A DNA stretch of 49,376 nucleotides from a virus (lineage: Duplodnaviria > Heunggongvirae > Uroviricota > Caudoviricetes), in IMG/VR virus record IMGVR_UViG_2531839433_000005, positions 1 through 49,376 of that record; one strand, given 5' to 3'. The notes under the pieces were generated by a model. The model had not been told where the DNA came from, did no database searches, and saw only the letters and a program-made list of their open reading frames with translations. Positions 9,356-18,107 of the stretch are shown here, piece after piece. A program made the position numbers and the translations under genes. Position 1 is the stretch's first letter, and every line of letters begins with the position of its first letter.

Positions 9356-9751
9356 ATGGCGAAACCTTTTTCTCTCGAACAGCGGGAAGAGCTGAAGGCA
9401 CGAATTATCGGGTTGGTACGCAAAAATGAACGCATGACGATGTCGCAGCTGGAGAGAGCGACAGGGGCAGGCTGGCACTCGGTCCGACGCTGCCTTGTGG
9501 ATGTGCTGGCTTGTGGCGATTTATACATGTCCGGGGAATACGGTGTTTTTGCATCAGAGCAGGCGTATCGCGTATGGCGTAAGACACCGGAGAAAAGAAC
9601 CGACCTGACACTGATTCGAAAGTTACCAGACGGAGAAATACGCCGCTACGACAGGAGCCAGAACATAATCTGTCGCGAGTGCCGGAAGAGTGAGGTTATG
9701 CAGCGAGTGCTGGCGTTTTATCAGGGTAATTTTCAGGAGGTGATGGCGTGA
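9356..9751 (+). CDS. Hypothetical protein
   Basis: 131-aa ORF with RBS AGGAGG; overlaps the next gene start. Confidence 0.45.
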   Translation: MAKPFSLEQREELKARIIGLVRKNERMTMSQLERATGAGWHSVRRCLVDVLACGDLYMSGEYGVFASEQAYRVWRKTPEKRTDLTLIRKLPDGEIRRYDRSQNIICRECRKSEVMQRVLAFYQGNFQEVMA

Positions 9752-10044
9752 GGGTGAGAGTCTATATCGCCGGTCCAATGACCGGGTATAAAAATTTCAA
9801 CCGTGAGGCGTTCCACAATGCGGAAGAGGAACTGAAACGGGAAGGGCATACCGTCTTAAACCCGGCAGTACTTCCGGACGGGCTGACACAGCCGCAGTAC
9901 ATGGATATCTGCATGGCGATGATTCGTTGCGTGGATGCGATTTACATGCTGCAAGGCTGGCAGCGGTCAGCAGGCGCTAAGGCGGAACTGGCGCTGGCGG
10001 AGAAGCTGGGGCATGCAGTTATTTTCCAGGAGGAGGTACAGTGA
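9748..10044 (+). CDS. DUF4406-like protein (nucleoside 2-deoxyribosyltransferase-like fold)
   Basis: 98 aa; N-terminal VYIAGPMTG motif characteristic of this family as recalled. Confidence 0.5.
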   Translation: MRVRVYIAGPMTGYKNFNREAFHNAEEELKREGHTVLNPAVLPDGLTQPQYMDICMAMIRCVDAIYMLQGWQRSAGAKAELALAEKLGHAVIFQEEVQ

Positions 10045-10325
10045 ATATCGACGCAACAATGACGATTGGTACGGCCCTCAATACGGGGCTGGCGCTTCTT
10101 GGTTGGTGCTACGTCATGTTCTGCTCATGGCGGTGGCTGTCACTGATGTTACTGAAAAAATGGAATAAACGCTGTAAACAGACGCAGCGGCAGAAGGCAA
10201 TGAATGCGTTTTTTGAGACCTTCGATATTGACAGTATGGAGCCAGGAGAGCCAGCTCGCGTGATTAGCAGAGGAGACGTTGTAATTCTTGTATACCGGAG
10301 TGAAGAGAAATATGAGCGAAATTAA
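10041..10325 (+). CDS. Hypothetical small membrane protein
   Basis: GTG start overlapping the previous stop; hydrophobic N-terminal segment. Confidence 0.4.
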   Translation: MNIDATMTIGTALNTGLALLGWCYVMFCSWRWLSLMLLKKWNKRCKQTQRQKAMNAFFETFDIDSMEPGEPARVISRGDVVILVYRSEEKYERN

Positions 10326-10424
10326 CTATCAGGCACTGCGTGAAGAAGAGAAAGCATAATCCAAATCTGAATAATTAAATTCAGCACTGTAAATAAAATT
10401 TAATCCTTAACCGGAGGAGTATCT

Positions 10425-10637
10425 ATGTTAAATACACAAAAAAACATTAACGCGGAAAAATATAACGAGTGGGTGAAAAAATTTTCTGAGCAGATTTTTA
10501 AAATTACTGGCGACGAGAATGCGGCAAAAAGTGAATTAGAACCATGGACACCTGAAGGAGCCAACCCAAATTATTGCTGGTGGGATGTTGATCCAGTTGA
10601 TGCTGCAAATGAAGCCATGAGTTACCACAACGATTAA
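10425..10637 (+). CDS. Hypothetical small protein (AT-rich)
   Basis: 70-aa ORF with GGAGGAG RBS; convergent with the AT-rich two-gene cassette. Confidence 0.45.
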   Translation: MLNTQKNINAEKYNEWVKKFSEQIFKITGDENAAKSELEPWTPEGANPNYCWWDVDPVDAANEAMSYHND

Positions 10638-10675
10638 TGTCAGGAGGCCGCCCGAAAGGGCGGCTGTTCCGCTGT

Positions 10676-11230
10676 TCAATTATCTAAAATTGTGCTAAAT
10701 CTTTTTATTACCATTAAGAACGTTATAACAGTGATAAAAAAGGATGCATAGGATAAAAAGCTAACAATATATGCAGGTGCGCGAAAATACCATTTCATTA
10801 AATCTACTGCATTGTCAGGCAGGAAATATATTATCACTGAAAATATAACCAATACTATTGAAGTTAATATTGCATAAGCGACGTTGTGGCATAACTGCTC
10901 ATATATGGTTTTGTTAGTGTTTAATGATATCAATTTGTCTCGGGATTTGTTTCCTTCAATTATGTCTGATATCTTAGTGATGGTTTTTTGTTTTTGTTCA
11001 TAAATCATTATTACTGCACTCATTAATAGTGCTGTTGTAATAGCCCCGAAGTTAACGAAGACGGAAGCAATTGCCGGTTTCATTATTCCGTATGTCCAGC
11101 ACAGAACGAAAGAAAGAGATAACGGAACAATAAAATGTACGATAATGTCGCTCATCAACATTGTTCCACGCTGATCTGACATTGTTTTGTAGTGTTTTAT
11201 TATTACACCCAGCACATTTATTTTATTCAT
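10676..11230 (-). CDS. Multi-pass integral membrane protein (candidate effector of two-gene cassette)
   Basis: 184 aa with about four hydrophobic helix-length segments; start overlaps upstream stop (ATGA); strongly AT-rich codon usage unlike flanking phage genes. Confidence 0.6.
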   Translation of the reverse strand: MNKINVLGVIIKHYKTMSDQRGTMLMSDIIVHFIVPLSLSFVLCWTYGIMKPAIASVFVNFGAITTALLMSAVIMIYEQKQKTITKISDIIEGNKSRDKLISLNTNKTIYEQLCHNVAYAILTSIVLVIFSVIIYFLPDNAVDLMKWYFRAPAYIVSFLSYASFFITVITFLMVIKRFSTILDN

Positions 11231-12159
11231 ATAATCACCCCTTTGTTTCCGCTATGCAGTTCTAACAATATATCATTAGAAAGGTTTTTTATCGTGTCAT
11301 GAAGTGCTGTTAGATCAGGTATGCCTGTTAATGGGTCGATTTTTAAATCATTATCATCTAACTCTGCGGAAATTCCTTTTTTTAGTATGGTCTCATAATT
11401 GAAAACGACAGTCCGACTGCCGAGTTGTAAGCTTACTTTTATTGCATCACATTTATCTTCAATAATCTCAATGATGTTTCCTATATTCTTGTTTCTTAAA
11501 TCCCTGAAACTTCCGAACATGCCATTGTTTGCTTTTATTATTAAGTCTGTCTTGATGTTTGTTTTGTTTTGACCAAAGGAATCAGCAATGTCTTTTGGTG
11601 CTTTATATCCTTGAGCCTTAATTTGTTTTAATTCGGAATTGAGAATATATTGAGGGATTTTCTTATGATGTAATGGATTGATTCTTGCTTCGAGTTGAAA
11701 TTTGTTTTTTAGATATTCAGTGATAGAATCAGAAAGGACACCTCGAGCAGAAATATTATCGCAAGAGTGGAATGCAATAATTCCTTCTTCAAGGGTGTCT
11801 GGTAGGTATATTAAAATATAACGTTCTTTGAGTGTTACATCATAAGCAGTTGTCCTATAGTGGATTTTTTTGAGTTTTACATCTTTTATTTCACTGCTTT
11901 CTCCATATTTCCCAACTTTTATATAACCATATATAATTTTCTTTGAGTTATCAAAGTGAAGTTTAGCGTGTTGTTCCAGAGATATTTTAGTTTTGGATAC
12001 GCCAAACTCGATAGGGGTGTTTTTATATAGAGTAAAATAATCAACAAAAAGTTCATATGCCGTTTTTTTATTACTTAAACCCAATTCATTAAGTTTTTTG
12101 CTGGCTCGACTGCCTTTATGGGTCAATACGCGGAATGAATAGAAATTAACGCTGTGCAT
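11227..12159 (-). CDS. Cytoplasmic protein of unknown function (candidate sensor of two-gene cassette)
   Basis: 310-aa Lys/Ile/Asn-rich ORF, no recognisable catalytic motif; translationally coupled to downstream membrane protein. Confidence 0.6.
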   Translation of the reverse strand: MHSVNFYSFRVLTHKGSRASKKLNELGLSNKKTAYELFVDYFTLYKNTPIEFGVSKTKISLEQHAKLHFDNSKKIIYGYIKVGKYGESSEIKDVKLKKIHYRTTAYDVTLKERYILIYLPDTLEEGIIAFHSCDNISARGVLSDSITEYLKNKFQLEARINPLHHKKIPQYILNSELKQIKAQGYKAPKDIADSFGQNKTNIKTDLIIKANNGMFGSFRDLRNKNIGNIIEIIEDKCDAIKVSLQLGSRTVVFNYETILKKGISAELDDNDLKIDPLTGIPDLTALHDTIKNLSNDILLELHSGNKGVII

Positions 12160-12489
12160 GAAAAGTCCTTTTGAACATATAGGAGTATACTAGAACATAA
12201 ATAGATGCAATGCATAAAGGAAAAGCTACCGCAGGGCGAACTCACCCACCGATAACTCTTAACTGGTTGTTTGTAAAAGATAATACATAAATTTGGGTCT
12301 GTGTAAAGAGGTAAGCATCGTCAGGGCAAGGGAGATGTGTTAGGCAATATTGGTAAAATTTACGTTGAGGATAAAAACGGTTTGCGGGAAAAGGAGAGTT
12401 AAGTAGAATTGCTGCGGGTGCTTGAGGCTATCTGTCTCAGGCATGAACACCAAAAGGCAGATAGAGAAAAGCCCCAGTTAACATTACGC

Positions 12490-12560
12490 GTCCTGCAAGA
12501 CGCCTAACATTAATCTGAGGCCCAATCTATGTCTCACAAATGTAGGTTAGCCTCTTACGT
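12490..12560 (-). ncRNA. Putative Sok-like antisense RNA (position inferred, not seen directly)
   Basis: In hok/sok loci the antitoxin RNA is antisense to the mok translation-initiation region (mok ATG at 12529); coordinates approximate. Confidence 0.25.
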
Positions 12561-12585
12561 GCCGAAAGGCAAGGAGAAGCAGGCT

Positions 12586-12741
12586 ATGAAGCAGCAAAAG
12601 GCGATGTTAATCGCCCTGATCGTCATCTGTTTAACCGTCATAGTGACGGCACTGGTAACGAGGAAAGACCTCTGCGAGGTACGAATCCGAACCGGCCAGA
12701 CGGAGGTCGCTGTCTTCACAGCTTACGAACCTGAGGAGTAA
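12586..12741 (+). CDS. hok: Hok/Gef-family type I toxin
   Basis: 51-aa product MKQQKAMLIALIVICLTVIVTALVTRKDLCEVRIRTGQTEVAVFTAYEPEE matches the Hok/Gef family (HokD/RelF-like as recalled); upstream in-frame 70-codon extension from 12529 corresponds to a mok-like leader. Confidence 0.85.
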   Translation: MKQQKAMLIALIVICLTVIVTALVTRKDLCEVRIRTGQTEVAVFTAYEPEE

Positions 12742-12808
12742 GAGACCAGGCGGGGGCGAAATCCCTCGCCACCTCTGATGTGTCAGGCATCCTCAACGCA
12801 CCCGCACT

Positions 12809-12833
12809 TAACCCGCTTCGGCGGGTTTTTTAT
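12809..12833 (+). terminator. Rho-independent terminator (copy 1)
   Basis: Hairpin AACCCGC-TTCG-GCGGGTT followed by T-run. Confidence 0.6.
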
Positions 12834-12880
12834 TGGTTGACAAAATTATGAATATGCACCAATATCTTGGTTGACAAAAG
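12834..12880 (+). promoter_or_regulatory. Candidate promoter with direct-repeat operator
   Basis: TTGGTTGACAAAA at 12834..12846 and 12867..12880 (33 bp apart); -35 TTGACA 12837..12842, candidate -10 CAATAT 12860..12865. Confidence 0.4.
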
Positions 12881-12914
12881 TCGTTTTTTGCACGGATTAG
12901 GCGGAGAAGTGTCT

Positions 12915-13508
12915 ATGCAGAACCATCCATTCCCTTGGGAGTTCTTTCCTGAGTTAACAGAGGAGCGTTTAACCATTATAGCTGAGGAGTTGCTCAGGAT
13001 ACAGGATATTACTCATGAGTTATTGTCATCGCCCTATGATGATAATTACACTCGTGGTGGTTGTACATTTGGGCGTCAGCGGCAGGCGTTGCTACAAATG
13101 TGCGTACGAAAGACATATGACTGGTTAAGACTACTTAATCCTGGCATGGATCTTACGTTTTCAATTGGGAATGTCCCTATTCGTTTCTTTACTGATGACG
13201 CAGATAACCCCAAGAAACGCGGTTTTTTCAAAAGAAATGATGCTGATCGACTCTTTGAGTCAGAGGAGACTACTCCAACTATGCATCGCTTTGTGGTTGA
13301 AAAGCCTGAATTTGAAGGCGAGGGTGGTAGAGTCATTTTTAATGGCTATAACGTGTTTGGTGAGATCGTGTCAACTTGGACATATGGTGCGGACCGTGTT
13401 GTTATGCTGAACTCTGTCGATGATGTACCTCCAGCACCGGTACCTATCGAACTAGAACCTATCAGTGCGTCTAAGACTGAGAAGGAAAAGAAACAAAATA
13501 GCAAATAG
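12915..13508 (+). CDS. Hypothetical protein (module gene A)
   Basis: 197 aa from ATG with GGAG RBS (TTG at 12867 is an alternative start); no recognisable motif. Confidence 0.55.
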   Translation: MQNHPFPWEFFPELTEERLTIIAEELLRIQDITHELLSSPYDDNYTRGGCTFGRQRQALLQMCVRKTYDWLRLLNPGMDLTFSIGNVPIRFFTDDADNPKKRGFFKRNDADRLFESEETTPTMHRFVVEKPEFEGEGGRVIFNGYNVFGEIVSTWTYGADRVVMLNSVDDVPPAPVPIELEPISASKTEKEKKQNSK

Positions 13509-13518
13509 TGGGTGAAAT

Positions 13519-14640
13519 GTGTTTAACGGTACTAATTTAAGACTTGCTCGTCTGTATCACGAGCTATCTCTGGAGCAGGTTGCTGAGAAGGTTGAAAAAA
13601 CACGCCAGTATGTACAGCGACTGGAGTCTGGTTCAGCTACTCCATCCCCAGAGCTTATAAATAAATTAGCCGAGGTTTTGCGCGTGAAGCCCGCCTTTTT
13701 CGAAGGGCAGGAACATTCTCCTGTTAATGAAGAGATTGTACATTTTCGTAAACGCGCCTCGACAAGGATGTCAACGAAGCTATCAACACTCGCTAAGGCT
13801 GAGTTTTATCGTCGTTTTATTGATGTATTTGAAGATAACCTTAATTTGTCACCTGTTCGATTTCCTGAATTTCGTGTCCATACACAAGAAGATATCGAGC
13901 GAGCGGCAGAAAAATGTCGTATTGAGTGGGGCTTAGGCTTTGGCCCAATTGAAAATATGACTCGCCTTGCCGAGAAACTTGGGGCGTTTGTTACTTCATT
14001 TGACTCCGTTTCGGATGAAGTAGATGCACTGTCTGTTCCTCTACGAAGGCCTTTTATTGTTCGAAATACAGCTAAAAATTCACCTTGTAGGCAACGCTTT
14101 GATATTGCTCATGAGGTTGCCCATTTGATTCTTCATGAAGGAATTTCTACTGGGGATAGATTAACTGAATCCCAGGCAAACCGTTTTGCCTCTGCTCTGT
14201 TGCTTCCCAGAACGTCGATGGCGAAATATTTTCCAAGACCTGTGGGGGGGAGGATAAATTGGCAGGGACTAAGCCAATTTAAGTTGACATGGAAAGTAAG
14301 TAAGGCTGCCATTGTTTACAGGGCTCATCAATTAGGACTTTTGACTGATGAGCAGTACAGAACTGCATTTATGGGGTTGAAACGGAAAGGGGAAGCTATT
14401 GATGAAAAAGAAGATTATCTAATCCCTCATGAGCGTCCTGAGTTATTCCGTCGGGCTTTATCGTTTTTATTTGAAGAGTTAGGATACGACCCACAGCGTA
14501 TAGCTGATGAAATGGATATAGAAGTGGACATTTTTTATGAGTTAGCAGGAGATGATCTTCCTGCGGTTCATGAACTGCCAGGAAGTGGTGATGTTGTTTC
14601 ACTACAATCTTACCGAACTCTTAGAGGCAAAATTCACTAG
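13519..14640 (+). CDS. XRE-family HTH fused to ImmA/IrrE-type zinc metallopeptidase (module gene B)
   Basis: N-terminal HTH (LSLEQVAEKVEKTRQYVQRLESG); HExxH motif HEVAHLILHE; GTG start 10 nt after the upstream stop. Confidence 0.75.
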   Translation: MFNGTNLRLARLYHELSLEQVAEKVEKTRQYVQRLESGSATPSPELINKLAEVLRVKPAFFEGQEHSPVNEEIVHFRKRASTRMSTKLSTLAKAEFYRRFIDVFEDNLNLSPVRFPEFRVHTQEDIERAAEKCRIEWGLGFGPIENMTRLAEKLGAFVTSFDSVSDEVDALSVPLRRPFIVRNTAKNSPCRQRFDIAHEVAHLILHEGISTGDRLTESQANRFASALLLPRTSMAKYFPRPVGGRINWQGLSQFKLTWKVSKAAIVYRAHQLGLLTDEQYRTAFMGLKRKGEAIDEKEDYLIPHERPELFRRALSFLFEELGYDPQRIADEMDIEVDIFYELAGDDLPAVHELPGSGDVVSLQSYRTLRGKIH

Positions 14641-14643
14641 GCA

Positions 14644-14668
14644 TAACCCGCTTCGGCGGGTTTTTTGT
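14644..14668 (+). terminator. Rho-independent terminator (copy 2, same hairpin as 12809..12833)
   Basis: AACCCGCTTCGGCGGGTTTTTT repeated. Confidence 0.6.
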
Positions 14669-14741
14669 TTTACGTATTCTGGTTTACAATCTACAGGCCA
14701 GCCTGAACAACTGGCACCTGCTGCGCCAGCAGAGAAAACCG

Positions 14742-15014
14742 ATGGCGCACAATACCAAACATCACAATTCTGATACCGACCTTGCCAGCTGGCACGGGCG
14801 GCGTTCTCATACATTCAAATATGACTGGTACCAGCATGCTCCATGCACTGAAGAACAGGCCGAATGGCTGATTCAGAACTACCGCAGGCGTGGGTACGAC
14901 TTTCAGAAAGACCTCAGCCCTGACTTCCGACACTGGATAATTTCTGTCAGGCTCCCTTATTCCGAACGCCCACCGCGTCCGTCCCGCACATTCCAGCAAC
15001 GCATCTGGAGGTAA
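14742..15014 (+). CDS. Hypothetical protein
   Basis: 90-aa ORF immediately upstream of and adjacent to the DUF968 gene. Confidence 0.4.
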   Translation: MAHNTKHHNSDTDLASWHGRRSHTFKYDWYQHAPCTEEQAEWLIQNYRRRGYDFQKDLSPDFRHWIISVRLPYSERPPRPSRTFQQRIWR

Positions 15015-15015
15015 C

Positions 15016-16062
15016 GTGCGGGTATTACTTCGACCTGTTCTGGTGCCGGAACTTGGGGTGGTTATCGTTAAGCCAGGTCGTGAATCCATGCAGGTATTCC
15101 ATAACGGCAGAGTGCTGGTTGAACCGGAGCCAAAAAGCATGCGCGGTCTGCCGTCCGGAGTCGTTCCTGCTGTTCGCCAGCCGCTGGCGGAGGATAAATC
15201 ATTACTGCCATTTTTCAGCGATGAGCGGGTGATTCGTGCTGCTGGTGGTGCTGGTGCATTGTCTGACTGGCTGTTACGCCACGTTAAATCCTGCCAGTGG
15301 CCTCATGGTGACTATCATCACAGTGAAACCGTCATACATCGTTATGGTACCGGCGCAATGGTGTTGTGCTGGCACTGCGACAACCAGCTGCGTGACCAGA
15401 CATCCGAATCACTCGAGCAACTTGCTCATCAAAACCTGTCAGCATGGATGATTGACGTCATACGCCATGCAATGAATGGCACGCAGGAGCGGGAATTATC
15501 GCTGGCTGAATTATCTTGGTGGGCAACCATAAATAACGTAGCGGACGCACTACCGGAGACGGTATTACGTCGTTCGCTGGGATTGCGCGCGGAAAAAATT
15601 CGCTCAGTATACCGCGAGAGCGACATCGTGCCGGGAGAGCAGACTGCCACCAGCATACTGAAGCAGCGCACAAAAAATCTTGCGCCGCTGCCTCACGCCC
15701 ACCAGCAAAACCCGCCACAGGAAAAGACGGTGGTCAGCATTGCTGTTGATCCGGAGTCTCCGGAATCTTTCATGAAACGACCTAAACGTCGCCGCTGGGT
15801 TAACGAGAAATACACACGCTGGGTGAAGACACAGCCGTGTGCGTGTTGTGGTAAGCCAGCCGACGATCCCCATCACCTGATTGGTCATGGTCAGGGCGGA
15901 ATGGGGACAAAATCTCACGATATTTTTACGCTACCGCTGTGTCGGGAGCATCACAACGAGCTTCATGCGGATCCGCTGGCGTTCGAAGAAAAGCATGGTT
16001 CTCAGGTTGATTTAATTTTTCGTTTTCTTGATCACGCCTTTGCAACTGGCGTGCTTGGGTAA
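15016..16062 (+). CDS. DUF968/YdfU-like protein with C-terminal HNH-type nuclease motif
   Basis: 348 aa; C-terminal CACCGK..HHLIGHGQGGMGTKSHD..CREHHNELH Cys/His cluster; position equivalent to the nin region. Confidence 0.6.
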   Translation: MRVLLRPVLVPELGVVIVKPGRESMQVFHNGRVLVEPEPKSMRGLPSGVVPAVRQPLAEDKSLLPFFSDERVIRAAGGAGALSDWLLRHVKSCQWPHGDYHHSETVIHRYGTGAMVLCWHCDNQLRDQTSESLEQLAHQNLSAWMIDVIRHAMNGTQERELSLAELSWWATINNVADALPETVLRRSLGLRAEKIRSVYRESDIVPGEQTATSILKQRTKNLAPLPHAHQQNPPQEKTVVSIAVDPESPESFMKRPKRRRWVNEKYTRWVKTQPCACCGKPADDPHHLIGHGQGGMGTKSHDIFTLPLCREHHNELHADPLAFEEKHGSQVDLIFRFLDHAFATGVLG

Positions 16063-16074
16063 AAGAGGTGACTG

Positions 16075-16434
16075 ATGCTCATAGATTTGGTTTTACCTTA
16101 CCCGCCGACGGTGAACACTTACTGGCGACGCCGTGGCAGCACATATTTTATCTCGGAGGAGGGAAAGCGTTATCGCCGTGATGTGGCGCTTATTGTTCGC
16201 CAGCAGCGACTGAAATTAAAGCTGTCCGGACGGCTGGCGATAAAGGTGATTGCAGAGCCACCGGATAAACGTCGTCGTGACCTGGACAATATCCTGAAAG
16301 CACCACTGGATGCACTGACACATGCGGGGTTGCTTATCGACGACGAGCAGTTTGATGAAATCAATATTGTGCGCGGTCAGCTCGTTCCTGGTGGGCGACT
16401 GGGGATAAAAATCACAGAATTGGGGTGCGCATGA
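16075..16434 (+). CDS. rusA: RusA-family Holliday junction resolvase
   Basis: 119 aa; conserved RRRDLDN and acidic residues as in RusA. Confidence 0.8.
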   Translation: MLIDLVLPYPPTVNTYWRRRGSTYFISEEGKRYRRDVALIVRQQRLKLKLSGRLAIKVIAEPPDKRRRDLDNILKAPLDALTHAGLLIDDEQFDEINIVRGQLVPGGRLGIKITELGCA

Positions 16435-17120
16435 ATAACCAGTATTTACAGTTTGTGCGTGAGCAGCTCATTATCGCCACCGCTGATTTGAGTGGGGCAA
16501 CAAAAGGTCAGCTTGAAGCCTGGCAGGAGAATGCCATGTTTGATACAGGGCGTTACAGGCGTAAAAAAATCCGGTACCGAGATGAAGTGACCGGAAAAAT
16601 GATTACGCGGGATAATCCACCAATCCCGGGGAAACAATCGCTGGCGAAGGGGACGTCAATTCCTCTGGTCAGTCCGGTTGAGTTTTCGACATCATCGTGG
16701 CGGCGGGCTGTTCTGTCTCTTGAAGAACATCATAAAGCCTGGTTGTTATGGTGTTACAGCGGGAGTATTTGTTGGGAATATCAGATCGCGATAACACAGT
16801 GGGCGTGGAATGAATTTAATACTCAATCCGGTACCAGAAAAATTGCAGGGAAAACGCAGGAACGCCTGAAAAAATTAATCTGGCTGGCGGCGCAGGCAGT
16901 AAAAGCAGAACTTTTTGGTGGGGAAGGTTATGAATACCAGGAGCTGGCATTACTGGCGGGAGTGACAACTAAAAACTGGTCCAAAACATTTACTCGTCAC
17001 TGGGTTGCAATGAAACACATTTTTCACCGACTGGATAGTGAGGCTTTATTGTTTGTAATGAGAACACGTTCAAAACAAAAGGCGGCATTTTCAAAGCAAA
17101 GTGTTGCAAAAGTAGATTGA
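16425..17120 (+). CDS. Putative late-gene antiterminator Q
   Basis: 231-aa ORF immediately upstream of a promoter/terminator pair, tRNAs and lysis genes (canonical Q position); family assignment by position only. Confidence 0.5.
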   Translation: MRMNNQYLQFVREQLIIATADLSGATKGQLEAWQENAMFDTGRYRRKKIRYRDEVTGKMITRDNPPIPGKQSLAKGTSIPLVSPVEFSTSSWRRAVLSLEEHHKAWLLWCYSGSICWEYQIAITQWAWNEFNTQSGTRKIAGKTQERLKKLIWLAAQAVKAELFGGEGYEYQELALLAGVTTKNWSKTFTRHWVAMKHIFHRLDSEALLFVMRTRSKQKAAFSKQSVAKVD

Positions 17121-17132
17121 AAGGCATATATT
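17104..17132 (+). promoter_or_regulatory. Candidate late promoter pR'
   Basis: -35 TTGCAA 17104..17109, 17-nt spacer, -10 TATATT 17127..17132, overlapping the end of the Q ORF. Confidence 0.4.
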
Positions 17133-17185
17133 TCATGCAAATCTGATATTTTGCCGATTTTGTACGTGATGGCAAAAGCAAACAA

Positions 17186-17212
17186 AACCCGCCCACAAGC
17201 GGGTTTTTTTGT
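17186..17212 (+). terminator. Rho-independent terminator (tR'-like)
   Basis: CCCGC-CCACAA-GCGGG hairpin followed by a 7-T run, about 55 nt downstream of the candidate pR'. Confidence 0.6.
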
Positions 17213-17330
17213 GCCACTTATCTCGGATAGAAATGGTGAATGCGCTGGTGGAGGAAGTAAGGGTAATTTTTAACCAGGTGATTCTTGAATGCTTGCAACA
17301 TTTATTTCGTAACGTTATTATCCTGCGCCC

Positions 17331-17406
17331 GGCCCTTTAGCTCAGTGGTGAGAGCGAGCGACTCATAATCGCCAGGTCGCTGGTTCAAATCCAGCAAGGG
17401 CCACCA
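17331..17406 (+). tRNA. tRNA with CAT anticodon (Ile2/Met type)
   Basis: 76 nt; acceptor GGCCCTT/AAGGGCC, D-arm TAGCTCAGTGG, anticodon loop CTCATAA, T-loop GGTTCAAATCC, 3' CCA; resembles E. coli ileX as recalled. Confidence 0.75.
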
Positions 17407-17407
17407 A

Positions 17408-17484
17408 CCGTCACCAGTTCATCAGGAAAGAGCGTCAACCCTTTAAGTTGAGTGTGCGAGGTTCGAGTCCCCGGTGGCGGTCCA
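17408..17484 (+). tRNA. Atypical tRNA-like element (possible anticodon TTT; may be a pseudo-tRNA)
   Basis: Acceptor CCGTCAC/GTGGCGG with one G-U pair, T-loop TTCGAGT, 3' TCCA; D-arm and anticodon loop (C at position 33) are non-canonical. Confidence 0.35.
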
Positions 17485-17486
17485 GT

Positions 17487-17562
<76 letters not shown>

Positions 17563-17565
17563 TAT

Positions 17566-17640
<75 letters not shown>

Positions 17641-17914
17641 GCATTTGAAATAAGCCTTATTGTATTGCAGCACTGGCGTATTTTTTATTACGTGGGAGCA
17701 GGTTGTTTTAAGAGACATTCTGTTCTCTGGCTATAATTTGAGGCCAGGTGTAGCCTCAGTGCTGATTTTTTTACGACAGCAGAATGGTGCATTATCGGTG
17801 GAGATTTTGTATTTCCTGGCAGGGTCGGTGATGCATCATTCCGATGTTGTAAGCATCGCTCAGAATAACGTTGAGATTAATCGCGTACTAAGCAAAACCT
17901 GGAAATACATCCTT

Positions 17915-17942
17915 AACCGCCGCACCAGGCGGTTTTTTTTAT
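17915..17942 (+). terminator. Rho-independent terminator
   Basis: CCGCC-GCACCA-GGCGG hairpin followed by 8 T. Confidence 0.5.
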
Positions 17943-18107
17943 TCATTTTTTTTTCATGGCTCGCTACGGCGGGCCTTTTTCATATCCTCGCCACACCCGG
18001 CGCATATCACATCAAATAACGCCGCGCAAAAGGCATCTGCGGGTGCCTTTGACGGGGTGTTTTTACGGGCCGCTGGTGGCCCTTTTTTATTTACAGGAGA
18101 AAAACGT

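Noticed and set aside
14691-15140. 149-aa minus-strand ORF overlapping the 14742 and 15016 plus-strand genes
   Set aside because: Antisense to an operon of rightward nin-like genes and lacks an RBS.
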